From contig JAIUOH010000001.1 of assembly GCA_020161315.1 (NCBI GenBank), forward strand, positions 37,620-101,619: 64,000 nucleotides of DNA, given 5' to 3'. Numbering within the stretch: position 1 is the stretch's first letter; each line of letters starts with the position of its first letter. This document shows, piece after piece, positions 37,670-45,753 of the stretch. This DNA is from Actinomycetota bacterium (GTDB lineage: Bacteria; Actinomycetota; Actinomycetes; Actinomycetales; Microbacteriaceae). The position numbers were made by a program, and so were the translations under genes. The notes below the pieces were generated by a model, which saw only the letters and a list, made by a program, of their open reading frames with translations, was not told where the DNA came from and ran no database searches.

Positions 37670-38515
37670 CTACGCGGCGAGCCGGAGCGCACCGAGGGCA
37701 GTTACCTTTGACTCCCAAAGCACATCTGTGTAAAGCTCGGTGGTGCTGATATCGACGTGACGCATCAGCCCTTGCACGACGCGAGTGTTTGCGCCGCATG
37801 CTAGTAGCTCGGTGCCGTAGGCGTGGCGTAGCTGATGCGGCTTGAGTGTCGGGTGCCCCGCGCGTTGCATCGTGCCCTTGACTGCCGCATAGACTGCTTT
37901 GCGACCCACGCACCCCTCGACCGTGTAGGCAGGGAACCAGTACCCGTGTTTTGGCATTTCGTCGGCCAGCGCCCGTACTTCCCTGTGTAGCGGCACTAGC
38001 TCGGTTGCGCCGCCTTTGCCGGTGATTGTGATCGTTCCCCGCTCGAGGTCGATATCTTCGCCACGTATCTTCGCGATCTCGTGAATGCGCATGCCTTGCA
38101 GCACGGCCAACAGAATGTAGGCGCGCGTGCGCGCCCGGTTTGCCTTCGCGTAGATATCACGCACGACGCCGAAGGGGATCGCTCGCGGCTTCGCGCGTGG
38201 GCGCTTTGGGCGTGGCGTCTCATCTGTGGGATCATCGCCACGCACTTTAGTCTTAAGCATCCATGCGCAGAACGCCCTGATCGTCGTGTGATAGCTCCAT
38301 CGGCTCACAGTCGAGAGGTCTTCGCGCCCGCAGTAGACGATGATGTGGAACGCTGAGAGCGTGCGAGGTGTTGCGCCCGTGTAGGTGAACAGGTGCCGCA
38401 TCGTGTTTTCGCGCTCTTCGTAGGTGCGATGTGACAGGCCTTGTGCTACCTGCCAGAGCCGCCAGGCGCTGAGTAATTGCTCGGTATCGTCCCAGAGCGT
38501 TGGCTGATCGTTCAC
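37670..38515 (-). CDS. int: Tyrosine integrase (short, no obvious arm-binding domain, C-terminal LAA)
   Basis: Catalytic R (GMRIHE), K (GKG), HQLRH, MRH and TELY; GTG start overlaps the upstream stop; 281 aa. Confidence 0.95.
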   Translation of the reverse strand: MNDQPTLWDDTEQLLSAWRLWQVAQGLSHRTYEERENTMRHLFTYTGATPRTLSAFHIIVYCGREDLSTVSRWSYHTTIRAFCAWMLKTKVRGDDPTDETPRPKRPRAKPRAIPFGVVRDIYAKANRARTRAYILLAVLQGMRIHEIAKIRGEDIDLERGTITITGKGGATELVPLHREVRALADEMPKHGYWFPAYTVEGCVGRKAVYAAVKGTMQRAGHPTLKPHQLRHAYGTELLACGANTRVVQGLMRHVDISTTELYTDVLWESKVTALGALRLAA

Positions 38516-38766
38516 GGGAGTACCTCGCCCCCGTAGCGCTGCTGTGCAGCTTGACGCGTGGTGCCAAGACCTTGCGCGATGTCTGCCCATGAGTCGCCCG
38601 AAGCTCGAAGCCCGGTGACCCCCGCAGCGATAGCGGCGTCGAGGTTGGTGCGTAGCTCGACCAGTTCGGCCAGGTCGCCGTGGTCGCCCGCAGCGACCCG
38701 CCGCCCGGCACCGCGCAGCATGCGCCCCACCATTTTCATGTACTCGTGTGTATCTTTATTGCTCAC
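38512..38766 (-). CDS. Small HTH DNA-binding protein
   Basis: LRASGDSWADIAQGLGTTRQAAQQRY HTH; coupled to int by a GTGA overlap. Confidence 0.85.
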   Translation of the reverse strand: MSNKDTHEYMKMVGRMLRGAGRRVAAGDHGDLAELVELRTNLDAAIAAGVTGLRASGDSWADIAQGLGTTRQAAQQRYGGEVLP

Positions 38767-38773
38767 GAGGTGC

Positions 38774-38976
38774 CTAGCTTCTCACGCCCGATTGAGTGTC
38801 AAGCTGAGATTGACACGCGGTGCACAGGTCAAGCCCGTCACGGTAGAGCCACCTATACGCGAATTCGCGACAATCCGGTAGCTGCGCAGTGAGATTCTCA
38901 CTTCCGTGCTGAGTGCACCGTGGCAGCTACGTGACTTTCCGTCGCAGGTGATTGTCAGGCGTTGAGCGGCGCTCAA
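38774..38976 (-). pseudogene. Frameshifted zinc-finger-like phage gene
   Basis: ITCDGKSRSC in one frame and WLYRDGLDLCTAC in another; adding one G at 38852-38853 restores a 67-aa ORF. Confidence 0.65.
38784..38814 (+). promoter_or_regulatory. Repeat/operator site 2, GTCAA-N7-TTGAC, upstream of HTH-int
   Basis: ACGCCCGATTGAGTGTCAA-GCTGAGA-TTGAC. Confidence 0.7.
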
Positions 38977-39032
38977 CGAGCCACCGCCTGAACCATCCAG
39001 GCGGGCACGAAATCAGGGCAACTCTCGACCTT

Positions 39033-39072
39033 GTAAAGAACAGGTCTCGGGTTCAAATCCCGAAGGCGGCTC
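39033..39072 (+). repeat. attR common core (displaced 3' half of the host tRNA, followed by CA completing CCA)
   Basis: Identical to 22906-22945; continues TCCATTTTT. Confidence 0.97.
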
Positions 39073-39114
39073 CATTTTTCTTCGTGTCGATTCGTGTGCG
39101 TGTTTCGCATTGGC

Positions 39115-39282
39115 CTACACCTCCACACTGTCGTCGATCATTTCTTCGATGATCGAGAACGTGATTGCGCGCTTCAGAATGCGCCAGACCCGACGTTTTG
39201 AGATGCCGAGGCGCGCGCCAATCTGCTCGCAGGTGAACCCATCAGCATGGAGGGCAACAATTACGGCAGCTCGTTCGGCCAT
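39115..39282 (-). CDS. 55-aa HTH protein (absent from the ORF track)
   Basis: MAERAAVIVALHADGFTCEQIGARLGISKRRVWRILKRAITFSIIEEMIDDSVEV. Confidence 0.6.
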   Translation of the reverse strand: MAERAAVIVALHADGFTCEQIGARLGISKRRVWRILKRAITFSIIEEMIDDSVEV

Positions 39283-39392
39283 ACCTTGAGGGTAGGGCTG
39301 AAAGTCGTCTGTGAATAGCCCCTATTCGTATTGTTCATCTTGCGTTCGAGCGGGCCGCGAGATGGCTGTCTCTGCGGGGTGCAGCGAGAACG

Positions 39393-39435
39393 AACAGTCG
39401 GGTGTAGCCAGGCGAACTGGCTACACCCGACTGTT
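39393..39435 (-). terminator. Hairpin downstream of the surface-protein gene
   Basis: 19-bp perfect stem AACAGTCGGGTGTAGCCAG / CTGGCTACACCCGACTGTT. Confidence 0.8.
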
Positions 39436-39451
39436 GGGGGCAAGAAGCGGG

Positions 39452-41239
39452 CTACTGATCCTTTTCCCTAAACCTCATCAGCGCGATCGCCGCGCCCGCC
39501 GCCGCAGCGGCGACACCGATTGCGCCGAGCGGTGCCCAAGAGAAGCCCGTCTGGGCGAGGCGCTCGGTGCGGTTCGAGGGCGCGTGCGAGGCTGCGGGCG
39601 CTGGGGTCGAGCCGGGCCCCACCGGTGGCTTGCCAGAAGAGTCGCCGCTAGATCCACCGGTTGAGTCACCGCCAGAACTGCCAGAGCCGCCGGAACCACC
39701 AGACCCGCTGCCGCCGGTGCCTGCCGCGACCACCTCGTATTCGAACGTGGCCTTGGTGCGGTTGCCCGCCACGTCGGCCGCCTCTACGACGAGCCGTTTC
39801 GTACCGAGCGTGCCAGTGTCGAGCGCGAGCGTGCCGTCTGACGCGACCAGCGGCAGCTCTTCGCCGCAGAAATCGACCCCAGAGTGGGCATCGCTGCAAT
39901 GAAACGCGACTCGCTCCGTGCTGCCAATCGTCACCTTTGGTGCGGTACTGGAGCTTCTAGCGGTGCCAGCGGTGTCGATGAGGCCGTTAGCGCGGGTGAC
40001 GCCAGCGGCGCGAGCACCGGGTGCGCCCGGCAGCTCGAATCGCACCTCTGGCTGCACGCCATCGATGCGCACGGTGGCCTCGCCTCGCCCCACGCCGCCG
40101 CGCGCGGTCGTCGCCGTGTAGCTGACCTGCGTGACCCCGTCGCCCTCAATGGTGAACGCGATGCCGTTCTCATCGATTACGCTGCCGCTACCCGTGATGG
40201 GCCCACGGGTTGCCCAGTGCACACCCGTAATGCGATCGTCGGCATCCGTGGTGGTGGCCGACACGATCACGCCCACCGGCCCCCGGTACCAACCCGAGGT
40301 GGGCTCTGGCGCGATGTTGAACTGCAGCTCTGGCACCTGCGCGGCGCGCGGTTCGACGCGATAGGTGAGGGCCTCGTGTGTCTCGTTGCCCGCGTTGTCG
40401 CGGGAGTGCAGCGTAACCGAGTGCTCACCGAGTTCGTCGCTCGGCAGCACACCGTCATCGGTGCCTGTCGCGTAGCAAGTTTGTACGCCCGAGTGTTCGT
40501 CCCAGCAGCTGAGGCCGAGTTCAACCCGCGCGCCCTGCGAGATGACCTTCGGCGCGCTCGTCGCGAGCCTGGGGGCGGCACCATCGATCGCCATAAAGAG
40601 CGTGTGCTGCTCGCCGTTGCGACCGTTGTCGTCGGTGGCCCAGTATTCGACGGTGTGGTTGCCGTTGCCCTCGATGTAGACAGTCGTATCGCGACCGGCG
40701 CGCTCGGTCGTGGTGTCGTCGACAACCACGGTGATCGAGCGCACCCCCGCCCCGGCGTCTTCGGCAACGAAGCGCACGGGTTGGCGGGTTTGGTACCAGC
40801 CGCTGGCGGGCGGGGTGCCGCGGTTCGCGGTGACAGCGGGGCCGGTCGCCGCGAGGGCGAGAGGCTCCACGATTTCTGGCGCGGGATCCGGCGCCGCGCC
40901 GTTCGTAGTCGGTATCGCGGCCGGCTCGAGAGACGTTGCGGGCGCGCTCTCTGGAGCCGCCTCGGGGGCTGGCAGCTCGGTCTCGGGTGAGGTCGCCGCG
41001 AGGTTTGGTGAGAAGCCTGCTTTTGCGCTGTCGGCCGGTGCGTCGGTCGTCGGAGCTTCGGGAGTCGCGACTTCAGGTGTCGTCACTTCTGATGCCGAGG
41101 TTTCTGTGGTGAGCCCATCGACCGCAAGGGCGGGGGCGAGCGGTGCGATGGTGAGTGGGATCACCGCCGCAGCTCCGACCGCTGTCAGTAGGCGGCGAGG
41201 TAGCCGCGAAGAGCGTGCCGTGTTGGTGCGGGTGTGCAT
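39452..41239 (-). CDS. Secreted sortase-anchored surface protein with Ig-like repeats
   Basis: Signal peptide, GWY/SGV/D.AGN beta repeats, Gly/Ser linker, LAQTG + TM + basic tail. Confidence 0.85.
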   Translation of the reverse strand: MHTRTNTARSSRLPRRLLTAVGAAAVIPLTIAPLAPALAVDGLTTETSASEVTTPEVATPEAPTTDAPADSAKAGFSPNLAATSPETELPAPEAAPESAPATSLEPAAIPTTNGAAPDPAPEIVEPLALAATGPAVTANRGTPPASGWYQTRQPVRFVAEDAGAGVRSITVVVDDTTTERAGRDTTVYIEGNGNHTVEYWATDDNGRNGEQHTLFMAIDGAAPRLATSAPKVISQGARVELGLSCWDEHSGVQTCYATGTDDGVLPSDELGEHSVTLHSRDNAGNETHEALTYRVEPRAAQVPELQFNIAPEPTSGWYRGPVGVIVSATTTDADDRITGVHWATRGPITGSGSVIDENGIAFTIEGDGVTQVSYTATTARGGVGRGEATVRIDGVQPEVRFELPGAPGARAAGVTRANGLIDTAGTARSSSTAPKVTIGSTERVAFHCSDAHSGVDFCGEELPLVASDGTLALDTGTLGTKRLVVEAADVAGNRTKATFEYEVVAAGTGGSGSGGSGGSGSSGGDSTGGSSGDSSGKPPVGPGSTPAPAASHAPSNRTERLAQTGFSWAPLGAIGVAAAAAGAAIALMRFREKDQ

Positions 41240-41271
41240 GTGTCAGGTCTCCTAACAGAGAGTTGTCGCGA

Positions 41272-42024
41272 CTAGCGAGCGGAGATGAGGCGGCCACCTG
41301 CGATGAGCAGTGGCAGGTAGCAGGCGAAGGCGATCAGCGCGCCGACTGCACCAAGGCCGAGTGCGGGAACTACCCAGGGCAGAAAACCGAGCGGCGCGAT
41401 CCACCACGAGATGGCCTTTGCCTTGGCGAGGGCGAGCGAGAGCAAACCGATTCCGAGAATGCCGCCGATCATGCCCGACATGCGCCAGATCTCAACGCTG
41501 CCCTCGAGCGCTGCCTCATTCATGAGCACGGCGTCTTCGATTGACAGCGTGTTGCCGGCAGAGACGAGAAACCAGTCTGAGAGCAGCAGCCCCGACATCT
41601 GAATCGCACCGAAGCAGAGCATCGTCGCCGCGATCGAGAGAAAGACGCGACCACGCGGGCCGCGCAGCAGCCCGAGCGTTGCGAACGCCGCGAGCGCGAG
41701 CGCCACCCAGCCGTAGTGCAGCAGGTTTGCCGACCAGAGGCTCAGTGCCGGGTCGGCCGCGAGCGACTTGATGTAGGCGTCTGTGCCGGGGCCGGCTTGC
41801 TCGGGTGAAGTGAGCATGCCCGCGGTGAGCAGCACGGGAGCCGCGAGCAGGGGCAGGCCGCCAATTCGCTGCAGCACGCTCGGGCGAATCGCCCCGAGCG
41901 AGATGCGCTTTGCTTTCGCTTCTGCGGCCGCAGGGCTCAGCGAGTCGGCGCCAGTCTCGAGTGAGCTTTGTGCAGCGGGTGGGGTTGCTTCTGAAGTTGA
42001 AGCGGTGGGAGAGAAGATGTTCAC
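41272..42024 (-). CDS. Multi-pass membrane protein (DUF4386-like)
   Basis: About 6 TM helices; GGAAGG RBS; downstream of a two-component system. Confidence 0.7.
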   Translation of the reverse strand: MNIFSPTASTSEATPPAAQSSLETGADSLSPAAAEAKAKRISLGAIRPSVLQRIGGLPLLAAPVLLTAGMLTSPEQAGPGTDAYIKSLAADPALSLWSANLLHYGWVALALAAFATLGLLRGPRGRVFLSIAATMLCFGAIQMSGLLLSDWFLVSAGNTLSIEDAVLMNEAALEGSVEIWRMSGMIGGILGIGLLSLALAKAKAISWWIAPLGFLPWVVPALGLGAVGALIAFACYLPLLIAGGRLISAR

Positions 42025-42151
42025 GATGGACCTTCCGGGTTGTTCTGAATGGGTAACTTCAGAATTCCGGTGCCGCGACCCGGGCTACCAGGGGCGGGTG
42101 GTCCTCAAGATGTCCCGCAAATGACCCGGGACGACAGCTTGGAGCGCGGTG

Positions 42152-42808
42152 CTACACGTGCCCGAAGCCAGCATCGCGTGCCCGCAGCATGGCCTCGGTG
42201 CGGTCGGCTACCTGCAGCTTCGCGAAGATGTTTGAGACGTTGTTGCGCACAGTCTTTGGTGAGAGAAACAGTGCCTGCGCGATCTGGGGGTTGGTGCGGC
42301 CCGCCGCGAGTAGGTCAAGCACCTCGCGTTCGCGGGCCGTGAGCTGCGGAAACGCGAGTGCAGCCTGTGCCACCGGCACAGCAGAGAAGAACTCAGAGAC
42401 CCTGCGCGCAATCGCCGCGCCAAAGACGAGTTCGCCGCCAGCGACCGACCGAATCGCCGCGAGAATCTGCTGCTGGTCGGCACCCTTCACCAGATAGCCC
42501 CTGGCGCCCGCTCGCATCGCGGCAAACACGGTGCTGTCGTCTTCAGACATGGTGAGCACCAGCACGGCTAGGTGTGGGTGGCGCCCGGTGATGATCCTCG
42601 TCGCATCAATGCCGTCTTTGCCCGGCATCTGCACATCCATCACGAAGACATCGGCGTCGACCGAATCTGCAACGGCAATGGCCTCGTGACCGTCTGCCGC
42701 GGTCGCAACCACTTCAATGCCGTCCATGCTCGCAAGCAGCATCGACAGTCCGTCGCGGTACACGGGGTGGTCGTCGACCAGCACGACTCGAATCGTTTCG
42801 TCAGACAT
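42152..42808 (-). CDS. NarL/LuxR-family response regulator
   Basis: VVLVDDHP, MDVQMP, GYLVKG and LTAREREVL..KTVRNNVSNIFAKL; ATG 42808. Confidence 0.95.
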   Translation of the reverse strand: MSDETIRVVLVDDHPVYRDGLSMLLASMDGIEVVATAADGHEAIAVADSVDADVFVMDVQMPGKDGIDATRIITGRHPHLAVLVLTMSEDDSTVFAAMRAGARGYLVKGADQQQILAAIRSVAGGELVFGAAIARRVSEFFSAVPVAQAALAFPQLTAREREVLDLLAAGRTNPQIAQALFLSPKTVRNNVSNIFAKLQVADRTEAMLRARDAGFGHV

Positions 42809-44945
42809 CGTTTCTGCTCTCGTAGCTCGATTGTTGGCTGCGGGGATCGGTGTTCCGGGCACCCGGCTCTGGCCAGATTGGGGCATCGCGGCTGCCGAAC
42901 ACCTCGTGCGCGAGCGGAAGCCTCGCGCGCACCACACTGCCACCGCCCTCGGCGGCAGTGACCGAAAGTATGCCACCGAGCTCGGCCGCTCGCTCTTGCA
43001 TCGACCTGCGGCCGACCCCAGATACGGCATCGGCGGCCACACCAACGCCGTTATCGCGCACCTCAATGTGCAGGTCGTGCTCATCGAAGTCGAAACTCGC
43101 GTGCACACTCGAAGCACCGGCGTGCTTGCTGACGTTGGTGAGCGCTTCGGAGACGATGCGGAAGGCAGCCACTTCAACCGCAGGCGAAAGCCCATCGGGC
43201 GGCAGCGCACCGCCTACCGTGGCGGTGAGGCCACCACCGGTGAGTCGATCTGCGATCTGGCCGAGGGCGCGCAGCAAACCCAGGTCATCGAGTGCTGGCG
43301 GGCGCAGGTCGTGCACGATGCGACGAATTTCATCGATGACATCGCTCTGCTCACGAATTGCCGTGTCGAGCGGTTCTAGAGCGCGCGCGGGATCGCGATC
43401 GACCCAGTTGCGGGCTGTCTCGAGGCGCAACTTTACCCCGCCAAGCAGGGGCCCGAGCCCGTCGTGCAACTCGCGTCGCAACCGCGAGCGCTCGGCCTCA
43501 CGCGCCAGCACCAGCTGTTCGCGAATGGTTTGCAGCTCACGGCCCAGCTCGGCGTTGCGCAGCGACGCGAGTGAGAAGCGAATAAGATCGCCGAGCAGTT
43601 GCTGGTCTCTGCTCGAAGAGAGCGGGCGGCGGCCGGGCACCATGTGAATGCGGCCGATCTCTGCGCCCGAGTGTGCAATCGGTAGCTCGACCGTGCCGCT
43701 GTCGGGCATGCCGTGCTCAGCAAAAAGTTGGGTGTCGCCAGAGCGGTCGAGCGTGACGCGCACGTAGGGCGAGGCAAACGCTTCGGCGATCGCAGAGGCA
43801 AGGTTCTCGAGCTGCGCCTGCGCGTCTATTGACTGATCGAGCTTGTCGCCCAGCGTCGACACGACCGTGTACGGGTCACCGCGGCGCCCGTTGATGAGGC
43901 GGTTCGCGAGGCCGAAAAGTCGACCCCGCAGTGGCGCGAATGCGGCGGTGACGGTCACCGCGGCGAGCAGCATGGGTACGCGGTCGTCGATCGCGCTGCC
44001 CACGACCCACACGAGCAGCACGTCGACTGCAACGATCGCCGCGATGAGTGCCCCGTATACGAGCGTCCACGAGAGCAGACGGTCGATGTCGTAGAGGCGG
44101 TAACGCGACACAGCGATCACGATCGAAGCGCACACAAGCCCGATCGTCGCCGCGAGCAGCACATCGACGATGCTCGTCGTCAGAAGGGGGAAGAGAAAGG
44201 TCGACGTGGCAATAAAGAGCAACCCTGACCAGACGAGCCAGCGCAACTGTGCTTTCTCGAGCGGGGTCGCGCCAAACCGCCGACTCACGCACACCGCGAG
44301 CGAAAAGAGCAGGGCTGCCATAAGGCAGGGCGCGCTAGCCACAAGCAGAAACGCCCAGGCCGTGTCTGGCAGCGGCAGTGTGGCGAGCTCGGGCTCAAAC
44401 GCAGCGAGAGGCCCGGCGCGCGTGGGGTCATCGGCGCTGAGCACCCGGGCGGGCGCGAAGAGAAAGGCGAACGGCATGACAAGCCCAAGCCCAATCGCCA
44501 GCCATGATGCGACCGCGCGCCAGCCGCTGCGCAATCGCCCATCGGGAAACAGCACGAGCAGCAGCACGAGCGGCAGCAACAGCACCGACCCGAAACGGCT
44601 GAAAAACCAGAACGCCGGCACCGCCCACCACGCCTCGCGGTCGAAGTACCAGGCATAATTGACGGCCGCCGAGGCAAGGCCATCGAGCACCCACAGCGTG
44701 CCGAATACGCTGAGCACCCAGGCGATGGGCTGCTGCGGTCGCCGCCAAAGCAGCAGCAACCCGGGTATGAGCATTGCGGCCCCGGGCAAGACCCCAGACC
44801 AGCCCGCCGAAAGCGGCGGTTGTGGGTGCTGTGCGAGCACGGCGATATCGAGCAGCACCGCACCCGCGGCAGCGATGCTTGAGACGCACAGCACAGCTAG
44901 GGTGGCGATCGCCCCAAACCTTGCCTGCCTGCTCATATGCATCAT
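42801..44945 (-). CDS. Membrane sensor histidine kinase (HisKA_3)
   Basis: Many TMs; RRELHDGLG, EALTNVSKHA, DNGVG and GVGRRSM motifs. Confidence 0.93.
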   Translation of the reverse strand: MMHMSRQARFGAIATLAVLCVSSIAAAGAVLLDIAVLAQHPQPPLSAGWSGVLPGAAMLIPGLLLLWRRPQQPIAWVLSVFGTLWVLDGLASAAVNYAWYFDREAWWAVPAFWFFSRFGSVLLLPLVLLLVLFPDGRLRSGWRAVASWLAIGLGLVMPFAFLFAPARVLSADDPTRAGPLAAFEPELATLPLPDTAWAFLLVASAPCLMAALLFSLAVCVSRRFGATPLEKAQLRWLVWSGLLFIATSTFLFPLLTTSIVDVLLAATIGLVCASIVIAVSRYRLYDIDRLLSWTLVYGALIAAIVAVDVLLVWVVGSAIDDRVPMLLAAVTVTAAFAPLRGRLFGLANRLINGRRGDPYTVVSTLGDKLDQSIDAQAQLENLASAIAEAFASPYVRVTLDRSGDTQLFAEHGMPDSGTVELPIAHSGAEIGRIHMVPGRRPLSSSRDQQLLGDLIRFSLASLRNAELGRELQTIREQLVLAREAERSRLRRELHDGLGPLLGGVKLRLETARNWVDRDPARALEPLDTAIREQSDVIDEIRRIVHDLRPPALDDLGLLRALGQIADRLTGGGLTATVGGALPPDGLSPAVEVAAFRIVSEALTNVSKHAGASSVHASFDFDEHDLHIEVRDNGVGVAADAVSGVGRRSMQERAAELGGILSVTAAEGGGSVVRARLPLAHEVFGSRDAPIWPEPGARNTDPRSQQSSYESRNDV

Positions 44946-44957
44946 GCTGGCAGAGTG

Positions 44958-44988
44958 GATGTCCCGTTGTCACGGGACATCTGTCCCG
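44958..44988. promoter_or_regulatory. Candidate response-regulator operator
   Basis: GATGTCCCGT-TGTC-ACGGGACATC dyad plus an extra TGTCCCG; related GATGTCCCG...CGGGAC at 42109-42132. Confidence 0.6.
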
Positions 44989-45104
44989 AGTTGTGGGTGA
45001 TCCTCTTGCGAGGTCTTCAAAAGTAGTTACTCTGGTGCTTGATTTTCGCTTCTTGGTTGCAGCTGAGAGTGACCGATACGAGCCCAACGAGAGGGGTCGA
45101 GACT

Positions 45105-45617
45105 ATGCAAAGCAACGAGGGTGAGCGCCCTGACGCGGCCGCCTGGCTGCCGGCTGACTTTGTGCACCCGCTGCGGGTGGCATTTAACGACGCCATCTAT
45201 CTGCGGCCGATTCGCGCCGAAGACGTCGACATCGATCTGGTCGCAGTCGGCGCGAACCGCGACATGCTCTGGGCGCAATATGGCGAGGCTTGGGATTGGC
45301 CGCCGGAGCAGCTGAGCCGCGAGTCAGACGTCGAAGACCTCGCGCGGCATGCCGAAGAGGCCGAGCGGCACGAGTCGTTCAACTACGCGATCTTGACAGG
45401 CGAAGACGGGTCGGCTGAGCAGCGTCTGCTTGGCTGCGTCTACGTCGACCCGCCTGAGGTGCCCCACGAAGACGGTTCGCCCTGCGAGGCCGAAGTGTCG
45501 TGGTGGTGCGTTGCCGACGCACCCGCGGCGCTCGCCGAAGGGCTCGGTGCGTTTGTGCGTGCGTGGGTCGCGGCCGAGTGGCCGTTCACTGCGCCCTGCA
45601 CGCCGTTTAACGACTGA
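45105..45617 (+). CDS. GNAT-family acetyltransferase-like protein
   Basis: WLPADFVHP, LRPIRAED, SFNYA, LLGCVYVDP and EWPF motifs. Confidence 0.75.
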   Translation: MQSNEGERPDAAAWLPADFVHPLRVAFNDAIYLRPIRAEDVDIDLVAVGANRDMLWAQYGEAWDWPPEQLSRESDVEDLARHAEEAERHESFNYAILTGEDGSAEQRLLGCVYVDPPEVPHEDGSPCEAEVSWWCVADAPAALAEGLGAFVRAWVAAEWPFTAPCTPFND

Positions 45618-45753
45618 GGTGCGGTGGGCCGGGCCGGGTCTGCCTAGACCTTGCCAGCCCTGCATGGTGTGACCCGGTTCTGCATGCCCGGCTTGCTTGG
45701 CTGGGCTTTGCCCGACTTGACCTGAGCCGGCCTTACCTGTTCGCGAGCCCGCT

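Larger units (their letters stand above)
22906..39072. mobile_element. Prophage, about 16.1 kb mini-siphovirus integrated in tRNA-Thr
   Basis: 40-bp direct repeat at both ends; repressor, replication, terminase, portal, capsid, tail, lysis and integrase genes in canonical order. Confidence 0.97.

Noticed and set aside
39030-39074. Second tRNA gene (Thr-TGT) at attR
   Set aside because: No acceptor 5' strand or D arm upstream; it is only the displaced 3' half
45620-45750. Degenerate GCCCGG/CTTG-rich intergenic tract
   Set aside because: No consistent unit or stable long stem could be defined by eye
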